Both the position numbers and the translations under genes were made by a program. Under the pieces are notes generated by a model. The model was not told the origin of the DNA. It searched no databases and saw only the letters and a program-made list of their open reading frames with translations. A stretch of DNA of 63,674 nt, the filler included, from Sphacelaria rigidula (lineage: Eukaryota): the NCBI GenBank assembly GCA_964200075.2. It is 8 parts of 8 records of this genome, joined end to end, with 100 filler letters (N's around TTAATTAATTAA, not from the genome) between each part and the next. Parts side by side here need not be neighbours in the genome. Positions count along the whole stretch, not along the records: positions 7,974 to 15,846 come from CAXNAA020013152.1; positions 15,947 to 23,819 come from CAXNAA020013153.1; 6 more parts are not named here. One strand, 5' to 3'. Below are positions 12,101-23,919 of this stretch, piece after piece (within the stretch, counting starts at the first letter, position 1; each line of letters begins with the position of its first letter).

Positions 12101-13799
12101 CCTCCTGACATACGGGGTCTCTACTCGTATCGCCGGATAACACCATCAAACACGAACTTGGGCACTGTGATTTGAGGACGATCTGTTCATTTCACCAAAA
12201 TCTACCGACGCTAGCACTCTCGAGTTTTATCAAAAAGTAGTACGCGAGGAAATCGACGAAACAACCCAAGCTACTTCGAATGAAAGGTACTGGTACCACA
12301 CTCCTTAACCATTTCACCGACAGGGCGGGTCATGTGTCAAATCGACATTGTTCTCACTCGGAAAATGAATGTGAGACCCAGATCGCCTACTCTGGCGGTC
12401 AAAGGGTTTTTACAGGGCCCGAAAATACAATGGCGTGCGTGTGAGGAACAACCTCATCCAAAGAAACGTGCTATGCGGCGTAAAAGCCGCGGGGAAAGAC
12501 GTTGGCATCGGACGTACGTGACAACGCCCGATGGCGAGCAAAAACGAGGATACGCGTCTTTGACGCAAATAATTGTGGAGGTCGCTATTTTGTATGTGCG
12601 CATATATTCCTCCTATGACGTGTAGACCAGACAAGGCCGTTACAGAAGCAGTCCCGACTGTAGACTGTCCGAGCGGTCCGAAACTCTCATATCAGTACAG
12701 CCGACTCAAGGATCCTAGGCAACAGGATCTTGTCGGTAGAATGTGCTCAACCTAGAGAGCCACCGGCACGCACCCCCTGGGAATCATTCTTTACATCTAC
12801 CCCTAACCGGTGCCCAGTGATTATACCGCCCAACACTCTCCTACGGTCAATCCTTGCTCACATAACATGAGTACAATCATCGTGTAGCCTTGACGATTGC
12901 TACCGTCCGCCGTAGGTCACACTACCTCCACATCAACAAAATCAAACATTATTTTCAGCGGTAGATCATATTTTACAGAAGGTACTGCAAGCTTACTTCT
13001 TTGCTTGTTTGCTCATCTTTCCTCACCTTCGGTAGCAACGGCAGCAGCAAACCTAAGAAACCCCGCGCTGCGTGCTCCTGGCGTTCCATCAATCAATCCC
13101 GTCGCATAGACATGGGTCATCACATGAGGTTTAAAACCATGTCGATGTAGATGTGTGGCCGCGAGTCGACGTTGAAGGCGCCAGCAGCCCCATCGTATGG
13201 GAAGGCGAGGCAGGCAGTGACAGGGGAAGAAGAGGGACGAGATATCACAGCAGATTCGTCGCTGTCCAGCTGAGATGTTAGTTTCAGATGGAAACGTGTA
13301 TACCAGAAAAAAACGAAAAAAAGGAAAGAAAACAAGGGAGCGCCGATGATACCGTCGTTGGATTTTCGTGACGGTGTGCCGTGTCAGCCAGCAGTTTGTA
13401 CTTCGCTGACCCTTGAGAGGCACTGGTGAATATACTCGCACGAGACAAACGGAACAACGAACGAACGTGGAGTAGAGCAGCAAAGCTTGATGTCATGCCA
13501 TCTCGCTGTCACCTTTCTCTCCGAGCATACATATTTGTTTGTTCTTGTCACGCTTTTGTCACAGTCTCCCACAAACGAACAAAAATTGAAGTTCTAGGAG
13601 TACATATGTGGCGGCTCGCGCCCTCCTTATACAAAAGGAAGAAGCTTTGTTATATGGTTTAACAGATCTCACAAGTTGTGCGTGGTCCTACATACCCACC
13701 GTGTGAAAACATGGGCGTCCTTCCTGTCTGTTTTTCATGTGCGATTCGCTTCATCTTCTCAGTAAACTCTACAGGATGACTAATTTCAAAACTCCCACA

Positions 13800-13840
<41 letters not shown>

Positions 13841-14790
13841 ACCTCGTGNNNNNNNNNNTGGGCGCCCTTTCTGTTTTTTTTTTAGGTGCATTTTGTTTTA
13901 TCTTCTCAGTAAACTCTACAGGATGAATAATTTCAAAACCCCCCCAAGCCCCCCCCCCCCCCCCCCGAAGTTGATCCATCTCGAAAGGGATGCGTGCTCA
14001 CTGGTCAAACGGCTAAGGCAAGCAACAAATGGGTAGCAAGACGGAAATAATTTCAAAAGTGACAACAGGGTTCAGTTTTAATCCATCGTGTCTTGAGAGC
14101 GCCTTGTGCATCACTCTTATAGGGTGTGAACAGTAATGCCACACACAGGATGAACAAGACTTCAGTTCGCAACAAAAAAATGCCTGTCTGGTGCTTGGAA
14201 TGAACGGCATAGGTGTCACTTAACAACATAATAACTTCATCAACACACCGCTCCGGTATACTCAAATACTCCATGCTCACGATACACTCGAGCACAATAT
14301 GGATCACTTGCGTCTTTATGCACCCACCACTTCCCTCCCCCTCCCCCTCCACCCCCCGCCTGTCCGCCGCGTTTGTTGGTTGGATTGAACAACGTCATCT
14401 ATAGCTGATTCCCAGATGGACTGTCCCTCCGCAGCACTAGTGGGTCAAGAGATGCACGTTAGTACTGTACCCAGCTTATCTTTTATCACATTCACCGTGC
14501 TTTCAGGAAAACTTGGAACTTTTTTCTTGTTTCATTTTTCGAAACAATGTGCGTTGAAATTGTTCCGAAATCAGAACCACGATCAAACAGACTCCCCACC
14601 CCCGTTCCCATGTCGACAAAAACACCTGCGACGTCTCTCGAAGCGCAACAGCAATGTTCATGACGCCCTTCGCCACCTCCTGTCGAACGAGATTCTCGCG
14701 GGTGTGCAGCAAAGAGTACTCCAAGGCAGCTCCCAAGCACTTTGAGCCGAGCATAACCCCGGACAGCCTAGGTTCCACCATGGCGAGGGC
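8859..14790 (-). CDS. Partial multi-exon gene, probable USP34/USP24/USP9-family ubiquitin-specific protease (helical region upstream of the catalytic domain)
   Basis: GT-AG, phase-consistent exons 14626-14790, 13027-13077, 9298-9428 and 8859-9138. They give ALAMVEPRL..EYSLLHTRENLVRQEVAKG..SQ|EHAARGFLGLLLPLLPK|AELHEKTCAWYFWLVSQLL..LADLIIVR|PPVEESEEDQDDALHGLMTAL..LVRELVEQCLFFVP. Family call is from recalled motif resemblance (C..YF.L...LL; RP..E...D..L.G; L...CLF..P). The catalytic domain is not in the window. Confidence 0.65.
9298..9428 (-). CDS. USP-like gene exon (131 nt)
   Basis: ggcag|GCAGAG ... GTCAG|gtttgt; 43 codons + 2 nt. Confidence 0.8.
9826..9958 (+). repeat. G-run-headed dispersed repeat, subfamily R1 (other copies ~13978-14035 -, ~15636-15713 -, ~31900-32110 +, ~35656-35745 +, ~58915-59092 -)
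   Basis: Shared core TTGACC(A/T)CGCATC..TTCGAGACGGAGCAC..TTCCTAC..CTAATAGAGAC..CTCCAAC on three contigs. Confidence 0.85.
10338..12029. mobile_element. Foldback-type non-autonomous element: ~500-bp inverted arms (~10340-10874 and ~11541-12026) around a ~670-bp spacer, inside a USP-like gene intron
   Basis: The arms are reverse complements, e.g. CAAAAAAGGGTGCACCC / GGGTGCACCCTTTTTTG and GCTGAGCACCTCAAAAACACATTCCAGCGCCTCAGCCCCA / TGGGGCTGAGGCGCTGGAATGTGTTTTTGAGGTGCTCAGC. TA lies at both flanks. No transposase ORF. Confidence 0.85.
12330..12600 (+). mobile_element. Possible heavily decayed LINE (RTE-like) 3' coding remnant
   Basis: RKMNVRPRSPTLAVKGFLQGPKIQWRAC..(W)..DNARWRA resembles the RTE C-terminal R.P...G....G.P...W..C...W...A.D..RWR pattern. 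Confidence 0.3.
13027..13077 (-). CDS. USP-like gene micro-exon (51 nt, EHAARGFLGLLLPLLPK)
   Basis: gccag|GAGCAC ... CCGAAG|gtgagg; phase 0-0, bridges the flanking exons. Confidence 0.65.
13720..13966. repeat. Tandem duplication (~150-bp unit) ending in poly-C tracts, spanning a 10-N internal gap
   Basis: ATCTTCTCAGTAAACTCTACAGGATGA.TAATTTCAAAAC occurs twice, each followed by a C-run. Confidence 0.8.
14626..14790 (-). CDS. USP-like gene exon (165 nt)
   Basis: ttgcag|GCCCTC ... TCGCAG|gtgttt; 55 codons, open. Confidence 0.75.
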
Positions 14791-15846
14791 CTGCAACAAA
14801 TACATAGTATGCCCCACCACCTGAAATAGTATCGCCGGGAATTCGCACAGGGGGCGACGGTTAGGCGGGCGGGTGTAGAGAAGAGGCCATGTGCTATTGT
14901 GGAGAGGGGGGAGAGCACATAGTGACCGGATTTCTCCCATTGATTAGTGGAATTATGATCACACGACTACAGGTTCATTACAATCATCATCTTCTGTGGC
15001 ACACTCACGTCTGCCTGTGGAGGTATTTGGCGCTCCTCGCCTTCCCGATCTCTGGGGAGAAGCTTTTGCCCCGCCTCGTGCTCGACACTGCAGGGGGCAC
15101 GAAGTGAAGGGGGGCAGAGCATTCGGTCTAACGCACGGTTGTGCTCTGCGTGCTTTGCAACACGACAGATACGTGGGAGTACAAGAAGAATCTACTGCAC
15201 TTGTATACACGAGATTCAATTGTATCGGAGAAACGAAAAATGAAGGGTAACGCCTGGCTCGTGCAGTATTGCAAATTAACTTCCTCGTTTTGTACGGTGA
15301 TCAACCCATCGGCCGATCCAGGAAGGGTGTCAAAATTAAATATATACTTCGCATATGTATACATCGTATATCGAATAATCTTCCGACACAATATGCGTAC
15401 AGTACAACAGTTATTCCCGAGTAAAGTAATCCCACGCATCCAATAAATAGGAGCGAGGGGGGGAGGCGCATTACTGAGCGTAAACACGGCCAGCAAAACA
15501 CAACACGCACACCTAGTCTCCCCTTGCGGCGTAGGTCAGGCAATCCGGCGCTGCCCCAGGGACATACGCCCGAAGAATTATTGCTGCGGTGCCCTGCACA
15601 ACTAGCTACCCAACAACGCACGCAATAGAACGATAGGTGCTCCGTCTAGTAAGGGATGCGTGGTCGATGGCCAAATGACCAAGGCAAGCAACAGATGAGT
15701 ACGCCCCCCCCCCCATGGATATACCCCCGACGGGGTTGGCGTCGGTTGGCGATGACGCTATGGAACACGCCCCTCACTACGTGAGCTAGGCAACCAGGTT
15801 ACCGCTTTTGTTTTTGCACGCTTGCGTTTTTTTTTGCGGTAACCAC

Positions 15847-15946
15847 NNNNNNNNNNNNNNNNNNNNNNNNNNNNNNNNNNNNNNNNNNNNTTAATTAATT
15901 AANNNNNNNNNNNNNNNNNNNNNNNNNNNNNNNNNNNNNNNNNNNN
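15847..15946. other. Artificial contig spacer
   Basis: N44-TTAATTAATTAA-N44. Confidence 0.99.
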
Positions 15947-16891
15947 CAGTTCGCTCCCTCTGCCTCCCGGTCAACACGTACTTCGAAAAACAGTGTAAAC
16001 GTTGCTCCCCCCCCCCCCCAGGACCACAGTTCTAAGTCGCGAATCATTCAAGTCTGATCACGTCTGGGAGCCATATTTCTTGGATGTAGAGTAAACCCCT
16101 CATCTTCTCCTGCCAAATTTGGGCTTACAGAAAAAATAGTGTTGTGACGAGACTGAAATATATAGTACCACCCTTCGGAATATCATGGGGCTCACCATCA
16201 TCAGACATGTACTTCGACGGGAATATGTCAGGCAGCTTACAGTAGCGTTGGTACCACAACGGTACTGTGATGGAATATCTCCCCACCCACACCAGGGAAG
16301 GGAAGAGACTGTGGCGGAGTAGGATATATTATGGGACGGCAAAAGGCAGCGATGGCGTGAAACGATCAAAGCGGCATGAAACGCTGCATTTCTTCCGAGT
16401 TTTGTCCTTGCATGCACTCATACATACCGAAGTCAAGTCTGCCATGTAATACCATCATGCCACGGTCGGTGTTATAACTCACAGATAGAGGGGGACCCGC
16501 CTTGTCCAGAAGCACGCACCACGGTCGACTCCACGTTAGTCAGGGCGGACGTGAATAGAGATACGGCTTTCGTCTCAGCGTGTCGCCATCTCGCCTTCGT
16601 GCGGGTCTACCACTGTTGTAATACTTCTACAGGCCGTAGGCGATTTTTTGCTCCGATTAAAATGTGTCCAAAATTATTGTTTGGTGCTTCGTGGTTTCTT
16701 CATCCCAAAAAAGGACCAAGGAGACTACGCCACACCGGAACGGCTCGCTCTAATCGCTCTAGTCTCAGAGGATCTTGTCACACTTTGCCGATCATTCGGG
16801 CGTAATTCGACCTTGGGGTATGTGCTTCCATTTTTCAAACACACCCTCGCAATACTTCGACCATTTTTCAATGCTTTATGTTTTACTCGTA

Positions 16892-18028
16892 CCAGCTAGG
16901 CCAGCCCCGAAACGAATTCAAGCTCTCAAAGCAATATCTCATCGACACAGACGAGTTGGGCCGTGATCCGCATATCGTAGTAATCATCCAATCAAGGGAA
17001 AGGTGCCTATCTGCTGAAAAATCTCACAAATATTTTCTCGTTGATTCAACCCCCTGTCAAACAATTCCTACATCGTATGGAGATAGCGTCCATACTCAAA
17101 TCTATATGAAACCCCGAACGATACATTCAGCGGACCTTCCCTGGAGCACGGGGAGACAATAGATACCCACACCTTCACCTAATTCATAATCTATCTCGAG
17201 GTATGACGCACATAAGTTTTTATACTAAAATCAATATATCACGAGCATAGGCACTGGATGCCCTCAATCTGGATATCGCGTCTCAGGTTTCGAGAGTTGT
17301 GCTATGAAATTTCGTACGGAGAACAGCTAGTGCATAATAAAATTTAAAATACAGCTTTGTACCTTCTTTTTCATTTTTTCATTTTTTTTCGTGTTTTCAG
17401 TAAAGTTTTGAGGAGAAATGAACATTGCTCTTAGACCCTATCTCATTTTCTTGGCTCAACCTTTAGAATTGTGATGTGAAACTTAGCATGTAAAAACCAC
17501 GTAGGTTTGCCATATAAAAAACAAATAGGCCTTCATTTATATTTTCAGAGAGGTTAGGGCGTTCTCGTGACAAAATGGTCCTCATACTAGAACGCCCTAA
17601 ACCAGTGAAGAAAAAAAAAACTGGCCCACTGAGTTTTGTTTTTTATACCCTAGCGAGGGCCCACACGAAATTTCAATACACAAAAACCAAGCGTGGGCTG
17701 TTCCGAATTTCTTCCGACCCGGTGTTCAAAAGGCGGATGCGCCGGCCAATATTCAGAGTTGGAGCGTAAAAATTGGTATGGACAATAAATGGATACGGCA
17801 AAAAAAAAAAATGAAAGCGCAATACATATAAATATATATTAGTGAAGGGTAATACTCAGTTTTCAGGTATCAATAAAATGCCCTTAACTCATGAAAAAAT
17901 TGGTGCCTTCGTAATTGTTTTTTCATCTCCTATGCTTTGTCCATACCAATTTTTACGCTCCAACTCTAAATACTGGCCGGCGCGTGGGCCTCCAAACTTC
18001 AAATCCGCCTTTAGGCTGGCCCAGCTCG
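16892..18028. mobile_element. MITE with 16-bp TIR (CGAGCTGGGCCAGCCT) and TA target duplication, Tc1/mariner-type
   Basis: TA|CCAGCTAGGCCAGCCC ... AGGCTGGCCCAGCTCG|TA. Homologous in opposite orientation to 56444-57298. Confidence 0.85.
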
Positions 18029-18419
18029 TATAAACTCAAGAAACAAGTGATTTGGTAGGAACAATTAAAAAATAATGGCCTGAAACCAAACTGTTTGCTT
18101 GGAAAACTGCGAAATACGATGGAATCCGCTCCTCAAGAATGAAGCGCGTATCCCGAGACAGAAAACTCCCATCGCACTCCCCGTGGGCGAAGTCAACACC
18201 AACGCGGCGGAATCGGCAGTTGCTAGGAAGGGTGTTTCTCATCACGTCACGAAATGTTACCTGATGAGACGCTTCAGATGGGCTGGGAGAAAAAGTGAAC
18301 AGGAAAGCGCCTACTTTACCATGCCATCTAGATTTCGATTTCACTCGATACGAGAGCTAGGTGGATTCTGCCACCTGGGAATCACTTACTCTGCCCTTTG
18401 AGGAGGCTCCCACGCACTT

Positions 18420-18900
18420 TCATGATATTCTCTGGACGCTTTTTTCAGTATGGGCCGGGGTAGCACTTGTCCCGCGGAAAAAAGCAGTCATCACCGAGTG
18501 TGCAGGACTATACCATAAAGATCAGATATTTAGGGTGTTTTTCTCATGCAAGGGAAGTCCTGCCAAAAACATGTTTGTCCGCCAAAACATGCACTCGAGG
18601 CGCGCTACAAGGGAGACTGGAACCGGCTACCGGGTAAGCTGCGTGGGCTGAGATAAACCTGTGTTTGTCTACGATATGAAGGTCAAAGACTCGCAAGGTT
18701 GGATCTCAGAACGTGGGCAAGTGGCACGTGTGGGGCGAGAAAGAAGCGCAGGAGCTCGAGAAAGGATGGCGATATAAAGCTCTATGCCACCCTGATCCAT
18801 GTCACGAGCAAGAAACTGTTGCGCGGGGAGCATTCACCGCTGGCATCACAATAGCAGTAACAGCAATTGAGGAGTTCAAGCTAGAAAGGTCGAGAGAGTG
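18420..18900 (+). mobile_element. Decayed RTE-like LINE 3' end
   Basis: RKKAVITEC..IFRVFF..SPAKNMF..GTGYRVSCVG*D..F..GKWHVWGEKEAQELEKGW resembles the RTE C-terminal region. Confidence 0.45.
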
Positions 18901-18929
18901 ACCCGCTTCGTCCCAAATCAGGGAAGAAG

Positions 18930-19135
18930 GGGGCAGGGAGGGAGGGGGGGGGTGTACTCATGATCTTGCATGTTGTAGTCACCAGGCCATTGACCTCGCA
19001 TCCCAACAAAGCCGGGACGGAGCACGCCGAGGTTCCGCCGAAACAGGCTTGCAATCACCATGACCACGAAGCACCGTTACGTGTTCGGCGATTCGCATGA
19101 AGGGTGAGATGCATCCCACTAAGATTGTTCGGCCC
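18930..19135 (+). repeat. G-run-headed dispersed repeat, subfamily R2 (other copies ~33740-33814 +, ~34880-35030 -, ~40030-40230 +)
   Basis: Shared GGGGTGTACTCATGATC.TGCATG...TAGTCA....CCATTGACCTCGCATCCC..CAAAGC.GGGACGGAGCACGCCG. Confidence 0.9.
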
Positions 19136-19599
19136 GAAGCGTACGATGTATTTTGCATATCGATGACAGCCTCCAATGAGTAGCGGCGGGGGGTGAGGGG
19201 GGGGTAGCACAGAAACTGATACCCCTCTGCCATCCTATCGATAGTTGCCTCCTTTTCTTGGCTTGCAACTTCAGCGATATCTCCGAACTGCATCCTGTTC
19301 CTGTTTCGTTTCGTTCCATTCCAAATCTTCTGCGCCGTTCCTCCTCTCTCTCTCTGTGCTCCTCTGATTCTTTCTTCCATCTTCCCATCATATTGTTTCC
19401 CTTGTTCTTTTTTCTGTTTACATTGTTTTGTTCTTGTTTCTGTTTCATTTCATCATTTTGTTTTGGAATGTGGTCTCAATGGCTGAAGTCATGCAGCAGG
19501 GTTGTCTCAGGATTTTTATCGGGATCGGTTCTAGATCTTGGCCTACCGTTTTTCTCGGCTTTCTCTCATCAAATTGTTTCACGTTTAAGATGAATCATC

Positions 19600-19835
19600 A
19601 CGGGTTCGAATCAACAAATCCACGATTTCTTCGGCCTTATTGCCCAAAAGGGAGAACAAAAATGACCGCTGGTCCAAGGGGTATCCGCGCAACTTTTGCG
19701 CCATTCCATATGTCTGGGCTGCGTGTAACTGGGTTGCAAAGCTGAAAACAAAGCCTAGGGATTGATTCGTACGATCCGAATCAATAACACTAAAACCAAG
19801 TAATTTCTAGACGAATCATTGACTTGTCCGACCCT
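19600..19835. mobile_element. ~240-bp MITE-like repeat (terminus TGTCCGACCCT), second copy at ~44399-44655
   Basis: Colinear match including GCTGAAAACAAAGCC.A.GGATTGATTCGTACG..CGAATCAAT.ACAC.AAAA.CAAGTAATTTCT.GAC. Confidence 0.8.
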
Positions 19836-19888
19836 CGAATTGTTTTCTTCTCTTTCTCTCGTCTATTTCTTGTTTTCACACTTCTGCC

Positions 19889-20060
19889 GGTTGCCCCGGT
19901 GGCTCAGGTGGTAACCCCGAAACCCTCTGGCGGTTGGATGGTGGGTTCGAATCTCGATGACGGCACACAATCTAGGATTTTTTCATCCCATGCCAAACAG
20001 TGGAGAACGACCACGTCGTAGGTACACAAAATTCGACTTCACGGTCGACAAGGAAGAGAT
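19889..20060 (+). mobile_element. tRNA-derived SINE head
   Basis: GGTTGCCCCGG, A-box TGGCTCAGGTGG, B-box GGTTCGAATC. Same head as 47835-47903 (-). No proper cloverleaf. Confidence 0.75.
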
Positions 20061-20084
20061 ACCGCTAAACCCCTCGCGTGAGAA

Positions 20085-20385
20085 GAGATGGGACAAGCAC
20101 CGCAAGAAGGAGGCGGAGTGCTAAAACGAAACGGCCGAGAAAATAACTCCCATGTCGACCTTCCTGTGTGACCCGTGCTGATTCGCTCGCATATACCCAA
20201 AGATGTGGACCGGCGTCCAGAATAGATGGGATGGCAACACATACACACAATCCTCGTGCGATAAGAGATAAGACAAGCACCACAGAAGGAAAGTGAGTAC
20301 TCGAGCAAAAAAAAACTTCTGTGTTGGCCTTCCCACCATGTGACCCTGGCTGATGCGCTCACATATACCGAAGATGGAAACTAGC
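20085..20385. repeat. Diverged tandem duplication (~180-bp unit)
   Basis: GAGAT..GACAAGCACC.CA.GAAGGA and TGTGACCC..GCTGAT.CGCTC.CATATACC.AAGATG each occur twice. Confidence 0.7.
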
Positions 20386-20589
20386 GTACAACACACACAT
20401 GTTTCTCCTTTTGTTGTCTCCCTCAGTTTCCTATTTTTCCTCTTCGATTTTCTCGTAGGGAGTGTTCTCGTCGGTTCATTACCGGTGCAGCTGGCTTCGT
20501 AGCGGATAACTTGTGTGCTGTACGATGATCGAACATCTGAACAAACCAAAACAGCGTTCATGTGCGATGCTCCTCATTCACCTTGGGGA

Positions 20590-21570
20590 AAGTCTTGACG
20601 AAACCCGTGAATTCTCGAGACAAGAAAAAGGAGGCCACGGGACGAGACGGGACCATTTTCCCGTCTCTAAGACAACGGGGTGGGACGGTGCCGGCGTCCC
20701 GGTGCCAAAACAATGACGAGACGAGGCGGGACAGGGGGCAGCGGGAAGAAATGTTTTGGACAAGTAGCTCCCCCGCCCCCCCCGGAGGGCACTCTTTGGA
20801 AAATTGTCATGTTTTTTTTTTTTCTGCTCAACTTTGTTGCAAGAAATTCATCAACAAATATTGTTTTTATTTTTTTCTGGAAATTTGTTGCAAGAAACTG
20901 ATCAATAAACACTGACAAAAACCGTAGAGCCTGGTGGGCTTTGCGGAGTTCCTATATCTGTTTCTGCTCCTCGCCCGCTGTCCCGACGACCTCAGATGCC
21001 GGAGGTCATTTTTTCCAAAATTGTCGTAACCTTTTTTTGTTTCGTTAACTCTGTTGCAAGAAATTAATCAATAAACACTGACAAAAATCTAACAGTCTGG
21101 TGGACTTCACGGGGCTTATATATTTGCTTCTGCTCCTTGCCCGCTCTGTCCCGATGGCCTCAAGTCTCCATGGTAATGATCCCTGTCCTCGGCAGCTGAC
21201 CGCCTCCGCCAACGCTTCGGCAATACATCAGCGGACAGACGGCTGGGTGTCCCCCCCACCCCTTAAAAATTCAATTTTCGATCTTGGGGGGCCTAGGTGT
21301 CCAGAATTTAGTTTTCCGCCGCCCCCTGGGCAGGACCAAAATTTCCGTCCTCCATCGTCCCTGGTCGGCCCGGCCCGTCCTCGCGGGAATTTTTCCGTGA
21401 TTTGTTCCCCTCCCGTCCTGTCTTCACGAAAATATGTGTGTAAATCCCCCGAAACAAGCGCAAGGATGCCATAATTTAGTGCAGCGACGCTTGTACACGC
21501 TCACAGAAATTATCCGGCAACAGTTCTTGGATGATGGACGATGGGAAAACGGTGCCATCTCGTCCCGTGG
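20590..21570. mobile_element. Non-autonomous DNA-transposon-like element with GGGAC(G)/CGTCCC subterminal motifs and an internal ~190-bp tandem duplication (20800-21165)
   Basis: ACGGGACGAGACGGGAC cluster at the left, CCCGTCC / CTCGTCCCGT clusters at the right. TGTTGCAAGAAA.T.ATCAA.AAA.A.TG is repeated. Ends not resolved. Confidence 0.45.
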
Positions 21571-21789
21571 CCTGTGGGTGGCTGAAGTGCCGTGCCGAGC
21601 CCTGTCTACAGTACGATAATCGTGACCGCTCACTCAATCATATGATATGTGAAAATAAAAGGGCCGTGAACAGGATCGGATCCTGAAATTGAAAACAACA
21701 TATTCGCATATGCCACATGTGCAAAATACTCAAGTACCCCTCAGTTTTTTGTGTGCGTATTTTTTGTTATTTCCTTAGTCGCGCTTTCA

Positions 21790-22112
21790 ACCCCTCACCC
21801 CTCTCCTTCCTTGGGACGAGTCGGTGGTATCTAGGGATCAATCCATCACTTCCCGGTACACGCCTTGCATTTTTTGTTCTCACGGATTGGGTCATGACTA
21901 TCAGCACTCCCGCACCGCGTCAACTCTCGTTAAACAAACTCAGTCTACTACTTCATTTACTCACGTCCTCAAGTTTTCCACGGTGGAAAGACATACTACG
22001 AAGAAAAAACCCAACGCATCGGGGATCGAATCCTCATTCTCTCCACCCTCATGGTGACAGCTCAGTGGCGGAGTTTGTTTTGACGAACAGGCGATCCCGG
22101 GCGGTCCGAGGA
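21790..22112 (-). mobile_element. SINE copy (same body as 36830-37202 and 23536-23819)
   Basis: Shared GAGTC.GTGGT.TC.AGGGATCAATCCATC.CT.CCCGGTAC.CGCCTT.CATTTT..TCTC.CGGATTGGGTCA..CAGCACTCCCGCACC. Reverse B-box-like GGGATCGAATCC at ~22022. Confidence 0.75.
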
Positions 22113-22548
22113 TGCAACACAGAACAACAATAAATGCCCTCAAAGTATTCCAAGTATCTACTACTACAGTATGTTGTACACTGTACGCACGAGAGAGATC
22201 GCTCTGCAGCGCTTCCTTCTAGGAGTCTTTCCCCACAACTCTGGTGACGTACGGAGTACGATCCTCAAAGACGATCCTGTTAATTATTGCAGCCAGTACC
22301 CCGTCGTATGTCAAACGAGATCAAAACCGCTGGAAGAGAGGGTGTGGCTGTTGTGTTACACTTTTGATGCAACCGTCGAAGACTGGAGCATTTGAAGTAC
22401 ACACAAGGGGAGTACTAGAGAACGGCTGGTAGTACTACTACATCTGTGTTCCACTACAGACGAAGCTGCATGCGAAGCGGTTGTTCTGTTGTCGTAGTAC
22501 GGCTGACAAGCTGTTGGTACTATCGGCAGTGTCCTCCGAATATCGGTA

Positions 22549-22740
22549 CGAGCTGGGCCAGCCTAGAAGCGAATTTTTAGTTTGCAGGCCCATTCGTCAG
22601 CCGTTATTTAGAGGTGGACCCTAAAAATTGATATGGACAATGAATAGGGCATGCTAAAACAAATCACATCTGCACACAAAGTTTTTTTTTCATGAATTAG
22701 GCCGTTCATTTTAACAGAGAAGAACAAAATCTGGAAAGGT
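22549..22740. mobile_element. Truncated copy of the TA-flanked MITE (one TIR)
   Basis: TA|CGAGCTGGGCCAGCCTAGAAGCG followed by the family subterminal sequence. Confidence 0.8.
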
Positions 22741-23134
22741 GCCTTTCTAGAGCTTTTACGTCGTTTTAGGCCCTAAACGAGAGCCACACGGAGTTTGACA
22801 CCTTGAAATGACTTGCTCTACTAGTTGAGGCGGTTCCAGGGCATCTTCCTGTTTTCCGGTGGCCGCAGTGTTTATTTTGGCTGAACAAGAATTTTTCACA
22901 CCCTGGACAATAGACGGCATCTATTGCGATAGCAATAGAATCTGCTGCAGTAGGTGCTAATGTTGTCGTGCCTAATGGCCATCGATCGGCAATTTTCTTT
23001 TTCTAATGTCGTTGGCAATGTCTATCGATTTACCAGTTTCCCACACTCTTGTCTGGGCAGGAGTCTGCTGTGGCCTTACATTAAAATTTATTGCGGCTGA
23101 CCAAATACATCGATCGATAGCTTTCCGAATCTTT

Positions 23135-23305
23135 TGATGACGGCAATGGCTGTCGATAGACCGCGTGCCAAATCTATTGATAACGACGATGACCATTGAC
23201 AGATTGTATACCATATCTATTGATGACGGCAATAGCTATTGATAGATTGCATATAAATCTATGCATGGCGGCAATGAATATCGATAGATACATATCAGAA
23301 TCTAC
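23135..23305. repeat. Four diverged copies of a 43-bp tandem unit
   Basis: Consensus TGATGACGGCAATG.CTAT.GATAGA.TGCATA.CAAATCTAT, unit lengths 43, 43, 42, 43. Confidence 0.85.
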
Positions 23306-23334
23306 TGTGGTATACAATGCCTACCGATCGGTTT

Positions 23335-23819
23335 TCTCTGTCGTCCATTGCCGCACTTACATCGCGTACGTGGAGTATATTATACTCCGTGAAGGTACGG
23401 TAGAGAAGCCGCAGGTGGCATTTTTTTTTTTCATCTCTGTCGTCTATTGCCGCACCTACGTCGCAACATACTACGTAGAGCATATTATACTCCATTCAGG
23501 TACGGTAGAAAAGCCGCAGGTGGCATTTTGTGTTTCTTCCTCACACTTTGAACCCGTCGCCTGCGTCGGGATGAGTCCGTGGTCTCAAGGGATCAATCCA
23601 TCTCTCCCCCGGTACGCGCCTTCCATTTTAGTCTCGCGGATTGGGTCAGCACTCCCGCACCCCGTCAACTCACGTCATGTTTTTCCTCACACTTTGAACC
23701 CGTCGCCTTCGTCGGGATGAGTCCGTGGTCTCAAGGGATCAATCCATCTCTCCCCCGGTACGTGCCTTCCATTTTGGTCTCGCGGATTGGGTCAGCACTC
23801 CCGCACCGCCTCAACTCAC
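23335..23819. repeat. Two adjacent tandem duplications: ~100-bp unit (23335-23529) and ~147-bp SINE-3' unit (23536-23819)
   Basis: GGTACGGTAGA.AAGCCGCAGGTGGCATTTT x2 and TTCCTCACACTTTGAACCCGTCGCCT.CGTCGGGATGAGTCCGTGGTCTCAAGGG x2. Confidence 0.9.
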
Positions 23820-23919
23820 NNNNNNNNNNNNNNNNNNNNNNNNNNNNNNNNNNNNNNNNNNNNTTAATTAATTAANNNNNNNNNNNNNNNNNNNNNNNNN
23901 NNNNNNNNNNNNNNNNNNN
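23820..23919. other. Artificial contig spacer
   Basis: N44-TTAATTAATTAA-N44. Confidence 0.99.

Noticed and set aside
13013..13483. 156-aa minus-strand ORF as a gene
   Set aside because: Only a 51-nt part, in a different frame, fits splice signals and neighbouring exons.
16100..16600. Possible decayed retroelement coding fragment
   Set aside because: No recognisable conserved motif in any frame.
23135..23305. CRISPR-like array
   Set aside because: Units are contiguous diverged tandem copies without unique spacers, there are no cas genes, and the context is eukaryotic.
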